Shown: in pieces, positions 16,776 through 26,496 of the stretch
Position numbering within the stretch: position 1 is the stretch's first letter
Layout of the letters: each line of letters opens with the position of its first letter
Assembly: GCF_009557235.1 (NCBI RefSeq)
Contig: NZ_CP045650.1
Span: forward strand, 2,160,001-2,192,000
Source of the DNA: Acinetobacter wanghuae
GTDB taxonomy: Bacteria > Pseudomonadota > Gammaproteobacteria > Pseudomonadales > Moraxellaceae
DNA length: 32,000 nucleotides
Direction: 5' to 3'
Translations under genes and position numbers: made by a program
Notes under the pieces: generated by a model
Database searches by the model: none
What the model saw: the letters and a program-made list of their open reading frames with translations, nothing else
What the model was told of the DNA's origin: nothing

Positions 16776-19391
16776 TTAAACATTCCCTTCCAAGAAATCC
16801 TGTGCAAAGCGTTGTAACACCCCACCCGCTTCATACACAGACACTTCTTCTTCGGTATCTAAACGACAAGTGACAGGCACTTTTACAATTTCATTCTTGC
16901 CGTCAACCGTTGAACGCTCAATGACTAAAGTTAAGGTCGAACGTGGTGCAATGTTCCCAATCACGCTATACAGCTCCGTACCATCGAGTTTTAACGTTTT
17001 ACGGTCAACACCTGCTTTAAACTCAAGCGGTAACACCCCCATACCGACCAAATTTGTACGATGAATACGCTCAAAACCTTCCGCAACAATGGCTTCCACA
17101 CCTGCAAGACGTACACCTTTAGCCGCCCAATCACGACTTGAACCCTGACCATAATCCTTCCCTGCAATCACAATCAAAGGCTGTTTACGGTTCATATAGG
17201 TTTCAATGGCTTCCCACATTCGCATCACTTCGCCTTCAGGCTCAACACGTGCTTTAGACCCTTGCTTAATCGTACCGTCAGAACGAACCACCATTTCATT
17301 AAACAATTTCGGGTTGGCAAAAGTGGCACGTTGCGTGGTCAAGTGATCGCCACGGTGCGTTGCATACGAGTTAAAGTCTTCTTCAGGCAAACCCATTTTT
17401 TTCAAATATTCACCCGATGCACTATCAAGCACAATCGCATTAGATGGTGATAAATGATCTGTAGTGATGTTGTCGCCCAAAATTGCCAATGGACGCATAT
17501 TGGCTAAAGTACGCGGTGCAGCCAATGCCCCTTCCCAATACGGCGGGCGGCGAATATAAGTACTTTGCGGACGCCAGTCATACAGTGGACTTGCTGCCTT
17601 CTCATTCACGCCCAAATCAAACATTGGAATGTAAATTTGACGGAACTGTTCAGGCTTCACTGCGACTTTTACCAGTGCATCAATTTCTTCATCAGATGGC
17701 CAAATGTCTTTGAGATAAATTGGATTGCCTGCTTTGTCTGTACCCAACGCATCAGTTTCAATGTCAAAACGAATTGTACCGGCAATGGCATAAGCGACCA
17801 CCAACGGCGGAGATGCCAAGAACGCTTGCTTCGCTTGTGGATGGATACGCCCATCGAAGTTACGGTTACCCGACAGTACCGCAGTGGCATACAAATCACG
17901 GTCAATAATTTCTTGCTGGATCTTTGGATCTAGCGCGCCCGACATACCATTACAAGTGGTACATGCATACGCCACAATACCAAAACCGAGTTGCTCTAAG
18001 TCTTTTAAAACACCTGCTTCTTCTAGGTACAATGCTGCCGCTTTAGAACCTGGTGCAAATGATGATTTCACCCACGGTTTACGCGTTAAACCCAATTCAA
18101 GGGCTTTACGTGCAAGTAAGCCTGCCGCAACCGTATTACGCGGGTTGGAAGTATTGGTACATGAGGTAATCGCTGCGATAATCACTGCGCCATCGGGCAT
18201 TAAACCTTCAGCTTCTTGCGCACGTGCTGCCTCTAAATTGCCTGCAATACCTTTCGCTTTTAAGTCCGATGTTGACACACGTGCATGTGGATTTGACGGT
18301 CCTGCAATGTTACGGGTCACAGTCGATAAATCAAAACGAAGCACACGCGGATACTGTGCCGCTGTCATATCACTTGCCCAAAGCCCAATTTCTTTGGCGT
18401 AGGTTTCAACCAATTTTACTTGTTCAGGCTCACGACCTGTCAGTGTTAAATAATCAATGGTGTTTTGATCAATATAGAACATTGCAGCCGTTGCGCCATA
18501 TTCAGGGGTCATGTTGGAGATGGTCGCACGATCCCCCACCGACATGCTGTCTGCACCTTCACCAAAGAATTCAAGATAAGCACCAACCACACGTTCTTTA
18601 CGCAAGAATTCGGTTAAAGCCAATACGATATCGGTTGCGGTAATGCCCGGCTTGCGTTGTCCAACGAGTTCAACCCCAATAATATCGGGTAGACGCATCC
18701 ATGATGCACGACCGAGCATGACGTTTTCAGCTTCCAAGCCACCGACACCAATCGAAATCACGCCCAATGCATCGGTATGTGGTGTGTGTGAATCTGTACC
18801 CACACAGGTATCAGGGAACGCAATACCACCACGGTTTTGAATGACAGGAGACATTTTCTCTAAGTTAATTTGATGCATGATGCCGTTGCCCGCAGGAATC
18901 ACATCGACATTTTCAAACGCGGTTTTCGTCCATTCAATAAAGTGAAAACGATCTTCATTACGACGGTCTTCAATAGCACGGTTTTTTGCAAAGGCATCGG
19001 GGTCGAAACCACCGAATTCAACTGCGAGCGAGTGGTCAACAATGAGCTGTGTCGGCACCACAGGATTGACTTTAGATGGATCGCCACCTTGTTCAGCAAT
19101 GGCATCACGTAAACCCGCAAGGTCAACCAAGGCCGTTTGACCTAGGATGTCATGACAGACCACACGTGCTGGATACCACGGAAAATCATGCTCTTGTTTG
19201 ACTTCAATTAATTGACGTAATGACTGCTCTAGAATAGCAGGGTCACAACGGCGTACCAACTGTTCTGCAAGCACTTTTGAGGTATATGGAAGTTTCGCAT
19301 ACGCGCCTGACTGAATATCTTCAACGGCTTGACGCACATCAAAATATTCAAGCTCGGTTCCTTGGAGTGGTTTACGGTAGTTATTGTTCAT
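16776..19391 (-). CDS. acnD: Aconitase-family Fe/S dehydratase, AcnD (2-methylisocitrate dehydratase)-like
   Basis: 871 aa from the ATG at 19391 (AGGAA RBS). MNNNYRKPLQGTELEYFDVRQAVEDIQSGAYAKLPYTSKVLAEQLVRRCDP...DFPWYPARVVCHDILGQTALVDLAGLRDAIA... closely follows the AcnD sequences I recall. Cys ligand contexts ITSCTNTSNP and CTTCNG are present. Confidence 0.8.
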   Translation of the reverse strand: MNNNYRKPLQGTELEYFDVRQAVEDIQSGAYAKLPYTSKVLAEQLVRRCDPAILEQSLRQLIEVKQEHDFPWYPARVVCHDILGQTALVDLAGLRDAIAEQGGDPSKVNPVVPTQLIVDHSLAVEFGGFDPDAFAKNRAIEDRRNEDRFHFIEWTKTAFENVDVIPAGNGIMHQINLEKMSPVIQNRGGIAFPDTCVGTDSHTPHTDALGVISIGVGGLEAENVMLGRASWMRLPDIIGVELVGQRKPGITATDIVLALTEFLRKERVVGAYLEFFGEGADSMSVGDRATISNMTPEYGATAAMFYIDQNTIDYLTLTGREPEQVKLVETYAKEIGLWASDMTAAQYPRVLRFDLSTVTRNIAGPSNPHARVSTSDLKAKGIAGNLEAARAQEAEGLMPDGAVIIAAITSCTNTSNPRNTVAAGLLARKALELGLTRKPWVKSSFAPGSKAAALYLEEAGVLKDLEQLGFGIVAYACTTCNGMSGALDPKIQQEIIDRDLYATAVLSGNRNFDGRIHPQAKQAFLASPPLVVAYAIAGTIRFDIETDALGTDKAGNPIYLKDIWPSDEEIDALVKVAVKPEQFRQIYIPMFDLGVNEKAASPLYDWRPQSTYIRRPPYWEGALAAPRTLANMRPLAILGDNITTDHLSPSNAIVLDSASGEYLKKMGLPEEDFNSYATHRGDHLTTQRATFANPKLFNEMVVRSDGTIKQGSKARVEPEGEVMRMWEAIETYMNRKQPLIVIAGKDYGQGSSRDWAAKGVRLAGVEAIVAEGFERIHRTNLVGMGVLPLEFKAGVDRKTLKLDGTELYSVIGNIAPRSTLTLVIERSTVDGKNEIVKVPVTCRLDTEEEVSVYEAGGVLQRFAQDFLEGNV

Positions 19392-19655
19392 AGCGTTCCT
19401 GCCTGAGTCATTCAATTTGTTCTTTGTCGCTGTTTTTTATGGATGTTTCACCCTGTTTGTTCAGGCATAGTACACTGTCAAAACACCATTTCCCAAATCT
19501 TTTATTTATCATATGGTTACTAGTGTATTTGAATTTTTTTAGCCTATTTTGTTGTTCATTGGGATAATTTGGGCTGCAAAATGTGATTTTTTTTGAAAAA
19601 TAGCGCAAAATTGATCTCATTCTTTAGTCTTAAAACATATACGAATAGGTCATTC

Positions 19656-20381
19656 ATGAGCGAATTAGCTTTCTCCTCTTTTACGCTAAACGGTGTAGAC
19701 GCACAGAAATTTTTACAAGGTCAAGTAACACTTCATGTGGAACGACTTGCTGAAAATACAACACGTTATACTGCGATTTGTAATTTGAAAGGTCGCATTT
19801 TGTTTGGCTTATGGCTGACCAAAATCAATAGCGAAAGCTTTGAGATTGTGACCACAAGCGATCAAGCAGAAGACTTTGCCAAACATATGAAAAAGTTTGG
19901 TGCATTTTCAAAAATGAAGCTTGAAGATACAGGTACGGTATATCCAAATATTGATGGTCATCAAACGACATTTAGTGCTAAAGCAACCGATATTCATGCA
20001 TGGAGTTTGGCTGCCATTGCGTCTGGTCAAGCCTTTATTCAAGCAGCAAGTTCAAAATTGTTCCAACCACAAGAACTGCGATTACATCAACGTGAAGGCA
20101 TTCACTACGACAAAGGGTGCTACTTGGGTCAAGAAGTCATTGCACGTTTATGGTTTAAAGCAAAACCAAAAGCATGGTTACATGTGATTCAAGGCTCAGA
20201 TGCTGCACCAAATGTTGGCGCACAACTCCATAATAATGTGCAAGTCGTCAATAGCATTGCGATTGAGGGCGGCTATAAAGCCTTGGTGGTTGCAAAACCT
20301 GAAGCGCTAGAGGAAATTGGCGTGACTGTGCTTGCCTTGCCTGAAGCATTAAGCGGTGATGTCGCGCGTCCACAGTCTTAA
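19656..20381 (+). CDS. ygfZ: Folate-binding Fe/S-cluster repair/tRNA-modification protein YgfZ (GcvT-like)
   Basis: The KGCYLGQEVIARL signature (KGCY.GQE) is present, with an N-terminal DAQKFLQGQVT. Start chosen at ATG 19656 (MSELAF...). Confidence 0.8.
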   Translation: MSELAFSSFTLNGVDAQKFLQGQVTLHVERLAENTTRYTAICNLKGRILFGLWLTKINSESFEIVTTSDQAEDFAKHMKKFGAFSKMKLEDTGTVYPNIDGHQTTFSAKATDIHAWSLAAIASGQAFIQAASSKLFQPQELRLHQREGIHYDKGCYLGQEVIARLWFKAKPKAWLHVIQGSDAAPNVGAQLHNNVQVVNSIAIEGGYKALVVAKPEALEEIGVTVLALPEALSGDVARPQS

Positions 20382-20397
20382 AAAATAAAAGATTCAT

Positions 20398-20425
20398 AAA
20401 AAGCCTCCAAAATTGGAGGCTTTTT
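20398..20425. terminator. Bidirectional terminator between ygfZ and the 83-aa gene
   Basis: agcctcca (20402-20409) pairs with tggaggct (20414-20421), flanked by A and T runs. Confidence 0.8.
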
Positions 20426-20428
20426 AAA

Positions 20429-20680
20429 TTACAAATTAAAATCGTGAAAGAGTTTGTTCATATCTTTAATCACGTAATCTTTAAAATGAAAAGCGCGTGC
20501 ATGTTTGGCATCAATGCGTGCTGTTTTTCCTTCATGTTCAAAGATATAAACGCGATCTTCATTGCTTACCAAAAAGTTTTTGCCCAATTCCATTAACAAT
20601 GCATCAAATTTATCTTCATCAGGAATGCTGTCATCCTGACTAATTTGATTGTATGCACGTTTAATGCCTTTAATAAACAT
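20429..20680 (-). CDS. Hypothetical 83-aa cytoplasmic protein
   Basis: ORF ends 4 nt from a strong terminator. No TM or signal peptide and no family recognised. RBS is weak. Confidence 0.5.
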   Translation of the reverse strand: MFIKGIKRAYNQISQDDSIPDEDKFDALLMELGKNFLVSNEDRVYIFEHEGKTARIDAKHARAFHFKDYVIKDMNKLFHDFNL

Positions 20681-20885
20681 GGCTCAAGCTTCACTGAAAA
20701 CAAAAATGCGATTAAATCAGAGAAACGTCGCGAAGCAAAGTGTTGTATTCGCTTTCATAACACGACCTTTGATGATTTGGAGTTAAGCAATGTTGACTGA
20801 GCGCTGCATCGGTCACAAAATGGATATTTACAAAGTCTAAAATCGTTTTATGATGTAATGGACTCTGATTTAAACAATAGACTCA

Positions 20886-20912
20886 AACAACACCATGGAA
20901 TCAGGTGTTGTT
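20886..20912 (+). promoter_or_regulatory. Perfect 9-bp inverted repeat about 20 nt upstream of the Sel1-repeat gene start
   Basis: aacaacacc (20886-20894) and ggtgttgtt (20904-20912), 9-nt spacer. Could be an operator or a 5'-UTR hairpin. Confidence 0.3.
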
Positions 20913-20931
20913 CATAATAGGTTTTGGAACC

Positions 20932-21738
20932 ATGAAAAAAATAATCATTGCTGCACTTCTTGCTGCTTCAACCCAGATCACACTTGCAGCACCTGCTGAT
21001 GTTGACCCACAGTTTGCTAAAATTGAGCAATTGGTGACCCAGAAAAATTTTAAAGGCGCGTATGATGCTTTAGATAAACTGGCGCAACAAGGCAATGCAC
21101 AAGCGATATATAACTTAGGCTATTTGATGCAAACCGGTCAAGGGACAGCCAAAAATGAAAAGAAAGCCATCGAGCTTTATGAAAAAGCAGCCAAACTGGG
21201 TTATCCCGTTGCAAACTATGTTTTAGGTAAAAACTACACCGCAGGCTCACTAGGGCTTCCGCAGGATTTAACCAAAGCAAAACAATATTTGGAACGTGCC
21301 TCTGCTGCGAACTTCGATGATGCAACCGTTGATTTAGCTGTCTTATTATTTGCTGAGTCAAAGCCTGAATCTGACAAGTTGGCACTCAGAAAAATTGAGC
21401 CTTTGATTAAAAAAGGCAACTATCAAGCGATGCATGTTAAAGCCTTATATGACATTAGTTTAGGCTTCAAAAATAAAGATGAAAAAAGCGTACAAAAAGG
21501 CTTAAATGGCATTCAAGATTTAGCGAAGAAAGGCTATACCCCTGCCCTGATGGCCATTGGGAATATCTTTGCCAATGGCAACATCGTGCCGCAAAACTTA
21601 CCTGAAGCGAAAAAAATCTTTGCAGCTTTAGCGAAAGAAAACGTGCCTCAAGCGCGAGAATCTTTAGCAGCTGTCGATAAAATGATCGCAGAACAAGCCA
21701 AAGCACCTAGTCGTACAGCAGCACAGAAAAAGAGTTAG
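20932..21738 (+). CDS. Secreted Sel1-like (SLR/TPR-type) repeat protein
   Basis: Signal peptide MKKIIIAALLAASTQITLA|AP. Repeated A..YNLG....G.G..K....A...Y.KAA..G...A motifs are present. Confidence 0.85.
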   Translation: MKKIIIAALLAASTQITLAAPADVDPQFAKIEQLVTQKNFKGAYDALDKLAQQGNAQAIYNLGYLMQTGQGTAKNEKKAIELYEKAAKLGYPVANYVLGKNYTAGSLGLPQDLTKAKQYLERASAANFDDATVDLAVLLFAESKPESDKLALRKIEPLIKKGNYQAMHVKALYDISLGFKNKDEKSVQKGLNGIQDLAKKGYTPALMAIGNIFANGNIVPQNLPEAKKIFAALAKENVPQARESLAAVDKMIAEQAKAPSRTAAQKKS

Positions 21739-21761
21739 TTCAAAAGCAAATCATACAGCCT

Positions 21762-21788
21762 AAAAAGCCCCATCTCTGGGGCTTTTTA
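21762..21788. terminator. Bidirectional terminator between the Sel1 gene and the AEC transporter gene
   Basis: aagcccca (21765-21772) pairs with tggggctt (21777-21784), followed by a T-run. Confidence 0.8.
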
Positions 21789-21799
21789 TATGAAATCAT

Positions 21800-22732
21800 T
21801 TATAGATAATGCACTGATTGCATCAACCAAATCGCTGTTACCACAAATCCAAACACGGTACTCATCACCAAAGGCGCGAGGGCTTTGCCATGCACACCAT
21901 AATGCTGGGCAAAAATTCCAAAAGCGATCGGCATCGGTAAAGCTGCAATGAGCGTTCCCACGTACAAGGTTTCGTTATTTACGCCAAAGCTCCACAACAA
22001 TATAAATATGACCGCAGGCATCAGCAGTCCTTTGATCAGCACCAAAACCCAACTATGTGTATTAACCGACTTGACGGTCATACCCATTAAGCTAGCCCCA
22101 ATCACAAACAATGCCAAGGGTGAGGCCGTTTGCCCAAGGATCGTCAAGGTATGTGCAAGGACTTTCGGCAGTTGTACATCCAATAATACACACGCCATTC
22201 CTAACACGATCGCTAAAATCAGCGGATTCTTAATAATTCGGACTAGGGTGTCACGCAGTATCGGTGATGTTTGCGCTGAACCTGTTTGCAGACCACGTTC
22301 AGCAAGTACCATCATTAAAGTCACAATGAGTAAATTTTCAATAATCAAGGTTAACGATAAATAAACCGCGGCATGTGATCCAATCAGTAAAGTTAAAACA
22401 GCGGTTCCAATAAAGCCCGTATTGGACATGGACGCACCAACTGCCAAAACACTCGCTTCAGTCAAATTGGATTTAAAGTAGCGACGACAAATGAAAAACG
22501 CCAAGGCATACAACAGCAATGAGCCGAGTGCATAGGCCATAAAATAGCGGGGATGCCAAATCTCACTGAGATTTTTCGATGCCAATGCCTGTAATAAAAA
22601 AGCAGGCAAAGCCACTTTAATCACAAATTGGCTCATGCCTGTAATGAGGCTTGGCTGAATAAAACCTGTCCTTGCTGCCAAGAACCCGAGTAAAACAATG
22701 GCACAAATGGGAAATAATATACTGAGTAGCAT
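21800..22732 (-). CDS. AEC (auxin efflux carrier)-family membrane transporter
   Basis: 310 aa, about 10 TM segments. The N-terminus MLLSILFPICAIVLLGFLAAR and overall organisation are typical of the family. Confidence 0.75.
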   Translation of the reverse strand: MLLSILFPICAIVLLGFLAARTGFIQPSLITGMSQFVIKVALPAFLLQALASKNLSEIWHPRYFMAYALGSLLLYALAFFICRRYFKSNLTEASVLAVGASMSNTGFIGTAVLTLLIGSHAAVYLSLTLIIENLLIVTLMMVLAERGLQTGSAQTSPILRDTLVRIIKNPLILAIVLGMACVLLDVQLPKVLAHTLTILGQTASPLALFVIGASLMGMTVKSVNTHSWVLVLIKGLLMPAVIFILLWSFGVNNETLYVGTLIAALPMPIAFGIFAQHYGVHGKALAPLVMSTVFGFVVTAIWLMQSVHYL

Positions 22733-22808
22733 CGAAATTAATGCCCTTGAGCCGATGTCATCGCACTATCCTTGACTATTTTTGGCATAGCTTTCGCTCT
22801 GCATGGCT

Positions 22809-23921
22809 TTAAGAAAATGGCTGTAATAAGTTTTTCAACTCATGTGGCTCACAGCGTAAATATTGCGGGGCAACGCGAATCTGCTCGCCTAATTTTGCTG
22901 CAGCATGCCAAGGCCAACGTGGGTTAAATAAAATGGCACGCGCAAGCCCAATGGCATCTGCTTGCTGACTTTGCAAAATACCTTCAGCCTGATTTGGCTC
23001 TGTAATCAGACCTACAGCAATTACAGGAATATTCACTGCTTTTTTAATTGCGGCTGCATAAGCAACCTGATAGCTCGCGCCAACCTTAATCTGCTGATCT
23101 GGGTGTAAACCCGCAGTTGAGACATGAATATAGGCAATATCCAACGCTTCTAAAGCTTTTGACAATTGAATTGAAGATTCTAAATCCCAGCTCGCTTGAT
23201 CATCCATCCAGTCTGTTGCAGAAATACGAATCCCGACTGGATAACCTTGTGGCACAACTTTCTTGATCGCTTCAACCACTTGCAGCACCAAACGCATACG
23301 GTTTTCAAGTGATCCACCATATTCATCTTCACGCAAATTCGATAGTGGTGATAAAAATTGATGTAGTAAATAACCGTGTGCTGCATGAATTTCAATGAGT
23401 TCAAAGCCTGCTTCCACCGCACGTTTTGCACTGGCTGCAAAGTCTTGAATGAGCTGCTGAATCTCATCTAAGCTCAATGCATGTGGTGGCTGTTCTTCAG
23501 GCTTAAAGGCTTGATCACTGGCTGACACGGTTTGCCAACCCTTTGCGTCACTTGATGAAATTTGCCCACCGCCTGCCCACGGTTTTTCTACAGAAGCTTT
23601 ACGACCGGCATGCGCCAGTTGGACTGCAAAAGGCATCGGTGAAATGGTTTTTATTTTATTGAGTAGGTTTTTGATTTTTTCAGCCTGATGATCATTCCAA
23701 AGCCCTAAATCCGCATAGCTAATACGTCCATTGGCTTGAACGGCGGTAGCTTCAACGATACAGAGACCTGCACCAGAGAGCGCATAATTTGCCCATTGCT
23801 GCTGATGCCAATAGGTCACTTCACCTTCATCTGTTGCCGAATACTGACACATCGGTGCAATAATAATGCGGTTGCTCAGCGTTAATGAGGCGAAATGAAT
23901 CGGTTTGAATAATAAAGCCAT
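22809..23921 (-). CDS. NADH:flavin oxidoreductase, Old Yellow Enzyme family (YqjM-like)
   Basis: LTLSNRIIIAPMCQYSA, QLAHAGRK, IEIHAAHGYLLHQFLSP..N.R.DEYGGS and GLARA...NPRWP are present. GAGGGA RBS. Confidence 0.85.
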   Translation of the reverse strand: MALLFKPIHFASLTLSNRIIIAPMCQYSATDEGEVTYWHQQQWANYALSGAGLCIVEATAVQANGRISYADLGLWNDHQAEKIKNLLNKIKTISPMPFAVQLAHAGRKASVEKPWAGGGQISSSDAKGWQTVSASDQAFKPEEQPPHALSLDEIQQLIQDFAASAKRAVEAGFELIEIHAAHGYLLHQFLSPLSNLREDEYGGSLENRMRLVLQVVEAIKKVVPQGYPVGIRISATDWMDDQASWDLESSIQLSKALEALDIAYIHVSTAGLHPDQQIKVGASYQVAYAAAIKKAVNIPVIAVGLITEPNQAEGILQSQQADAIGLARAILFNPRWPWHAAAKLGEQIRVAPQYLRCEPHELKNLLQPFS

Positions 23922-23961
23922 CTGTCGTCCCTCGAATCAAATAAGTCCGTTAATGTGACAC

Positions 23962-23990
23962 AAAAAACAGGCCTTTTCAGCCTGTTTTTT
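23962..23990. terminator. Bidirectional terminator between the OYE gene and oprB
   Basis: acaggc (23967-23972) pairs with gcctgt (23980-23985), flanked by A6 and T6. Confidence 0.75.
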
Positions 23991-24010
23991 ATTACCAGAA
24001 TGTCTTTAAT

Positions 24011-25270
24011 TTAGAAGACAATTCGACTGGTTAAACCAAGGACGAAAGCATCATCTACACGGTTGGTTGAACCTGGATTCACCACATATTGTACATTTGG
24101 ACGAAGCATGAGCCATGGTGTCGCATTATAGCTATAGTTCAACTCCACGTTATATTCAGCGCTTGCATCGAACGTGTTTTGATTCAAACGATTATTCACA
24201 TGTACGCGGTTTGCAGCCAAACCTAAAATATCATTTGGATGACCAGCGACTAAACCAATATATTTCACACCAATTTGTTGAGAATTATCGACTTTGGTGG
24301 TCACACGATCATGCCATGTAAAGTTGGCAAAGCCATGTAGACCTTGACGCCCCGTACCTGTTGATGTCAATTGTTGCTCTACTGCAATCCAACCACCAAA
24401 TGTACGATCTTCTGGCGCGCCTGTGGCAATATCTTTTTGGTTTTCAGGTTTATCTGCGGTGTTATACATTCCACCTACACGATAGCTACCCGGCAAACCA
24501 TTTACAGCTTGTTTTGGTGACCAAATTACTTCAACAGGAATGCTTACACCATCAGCATTGTCGGTATCTAAGCTCCAACCTTGACCTTCAGCATTGCCAC
24601 GACCATTATCAGGATTGTATTCATACACCCCAACTTGAGCAGCAAGTTCAGGATTCATTTGGTATTTTACCCGTCCGCCCCATTGCGCAACAGGTGTGTT
24701 CATCCAAATCGTACCCTGCCATTTACCCATTTGTGCGGCACAAAATGCTGTACTGGCAAAGTCACACGCCATTACGTTGAAGTCCATACCTAGACCTAAA
24801 CGACCTGCTTTTACACTGATGCCTTGTTCTTTAAAATTCTTTTCGATTGATAATTCGCTTAAACGACTGTCTTGATTACCACGACCAAAAGTACCCTGGA
24901 CATTGGCAAGTTGAGGTGCAGTCGGATCTTGTAAATCACGAATTGAGGTACTTTGACCTTGACGCGCTGTCATCACTGCACGAACAGTCACATCATTCCA
25001 GCCGACAAGTTTACCCATATCTAACTGAGTACCTAACCATAGTTGTGCAGATGTCAACGGATCTTGACCATCATCGCGACCACCGTGCGCTAAATACGCA
25101 GTATCTGACATCAGGTTTGCTTCAAACTTGATCCCTTGATTTGCAAGCTCTGTACGTTTGCCATTCCAATCCCCAAAAAGATATTGTCCTTGAGGATCAA
25201 ATGCTGATTCAGCATGAATTTGAGTGGAGCCAGTAATTAAAGCCAATAAAGCCAGATGCAAATTTTTCAT
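24011..25270 (-). CDS. oprB: Carbohydrate-selective porin, OprB family
   Basis: Signal peptide MKNLHLALLALITGSTQIHA. YLFGDWNGKRTELANQGIKFE is a typical OprB N-terminus. C-terminal beta-barrel ends ...GLTSRIVF. Confidence 0.85.
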   Translation of the reverse strand: MKNLHLALLALITGSTQIHAESAFDPQGQYLFGDWNGKRTELANQGIKFEANLMSDTAYLAHGGRDDGQDPLTSAQLWLGTQLDMGKLVGWNDVTVRAVMTARQGQSTSIRDLQDPTAPQLANVQGTFGRGNQDSRLSELSIEKNFKEQGISVKAGRLGLGMDFNVMACDFASTAFCAAQMGKWQGTIWMNTPVAQWGGRVKYQMNPELAAQVGVYEYNPDNGRGNAEGQGWSLDTDNADGVSIPVEVIWSPKQAVNGLPGSYRVGGMYNTADKPENQKDIATGAPEDRTFGGWIAVEQQLTSTGTGRQGLHGFANFTWHDRVTTKVDNSQQIGVKYIGLVAGHPNDILGLAANRVHVNNRLNQNTFDASAEYNVELNYSYNATPWLMLRPNVQYVVNPGSTNRVDDAFVLGLTSRIVF

Positions 25271-25635
25271 AAGAAACCTAAATGCAGAATAAGACGTGAA
25301 ACCAATTTTTTTGATTTACATTTAGCTTAATAAATTACATAAATTTTCATACATCATGTCGGTCTATTTTTTATCATTCATTAAACTTTAAGTTATATAA
25401 AATTATTTTATCTACACTTTTTATTATTTATAATATTTTAAGATTATGATTATTATAAATTTATTTTTAAGATAAAAATTCGTTTAGTTTATTCAAACAA
25501 TAATGAAATAAGACTAAAGTTTGGTCATCGATCGGCTAGATATAATAAAATAAACCGAGATGAAACGAGGCTACATACTTGTATTGAAGATCATCTTCCC
25601 CCATATATGCATCATCCTTACTATATCTTTTTTCT

Positions 25636-26496
25636 ATGCCTGAATTACCCGAAGTTGAGACGACAAAAACCAGTTTATTACCTTTAATTGATCAGCAGGT
25701 ATTAAAAGTCACTGTTTATCAATCAAGTTTACGCTGGGCAATTCCAGATGATATTACCAAAATTAAAGGTCAACGTCTGGTGAAGCTGACACGCCGCTCA
25801 AAATATATTTTGGCAGAATTTGAACAAGACACAATGCTGTGGCATTTAGGGATGTCAGGTAGTTTTCGCTTATGTCAATCCAATGAGCCTTTACGCAAAC
25901 ATGATCATTTGGTCATTGCCTTTGAAGATATTGAGCTGCGTTATCATGACCCTCGCCGTTTTGGCTGTATTCTCTGGTTAGATGCACAATCTCAAAGCAA
26001 ATTACTCGATACGCTCGGCCCTGAGCCCTTGAGCGAACAGTTTAATGCAGAGTATCTGTTTGATAAATTGAAGAATAAATCGGTTGGCACTAAAGTTGCT
26101 ATTATGGATAACCATGTCGTGGTTGGTGTGGGTAATATTTATGCGACTGAAAGTTTATTTAATTTAGGTATTCATCCCGCACAACCGGCATCAGATTTAA
26201 GCTTTGCTCAAATTCAACAATTGGTGGTTGAGATTAAGCGAATCTTAAAGCAAGCCATTGATTTAGGTGGGTCAACTTTACGCGACTACACCAATGCTAT
26301 GGGGGAAAATGGCTATTTTCAACAAACCTTACTTGCCTATGGTCGTGCAGGTGAAATGTGCGTGAACTGTGAAACTACTTTGCAAAATCTTAAATTGGGA
26401 CAACGTGCATCGGTGTTTTGTCCGGAATGCCAACCATTGAAAAAATCAGCATTAACTGTGAAAAAATTAGCTAAAACGCGAGGCAAAAAATCATGA
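25636..26496 (+). CDS. mutM: Formamidopyrimidine-DNA glycosylase
   Basis: MPELPEVETTK catalytic N-terminus, H2TH region, and a C-terminal zinc finger CVNCET...CPECQ. It has an extra Lys-rich ~20-aa tail. Confidence 0.95.
   Translation: MPELPEVETTKTSLLPLIDQQVLKVTVYQSSLRWAIPDDITKIKGQRLVKLTRRSKYILAEFEQDTMLWHLGMSGSFRLCQSNEPLRKHDHLVIAFEDIELRYHDPRRFGCILWLDAQSQSKLLDTLGPEPLSEQFNAEYLFDKLKNKSVGTKVAIMDNHVVVGVGNIYATESLFNLGIHPAQPASDLSFAQIQQLVVEIKRILKQAIDLGGSTLRDYTNAMGENGYFQQTLLAYGRAGEMCVNCETTLQNLKLGQRASVFCPECQPLKKSALTVKKLAKTRGKKS

Noticed and set aside
16870-19126. Numerous 60-170-aa ORFs on both strands inside the acnD-like gene
   Set aside because: They are nested in a strongly supported 871-aa homologous CDS, so they are shadow frames. 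The same applies to the nested ORFs inside the DUF4041-like gene, rluA, ygfZ, the Sel1 gene, the AEC gene, the OYE gene, oprB, typA and the permease gene.
19416-19655. Possible Fur/iron box in the acnD-ygfZ divergent promoter (gggataatttgggc)
   Set aside because: It is only a partial resemblance to the GATAATGATAATCATTATC consensus, too weak to call.
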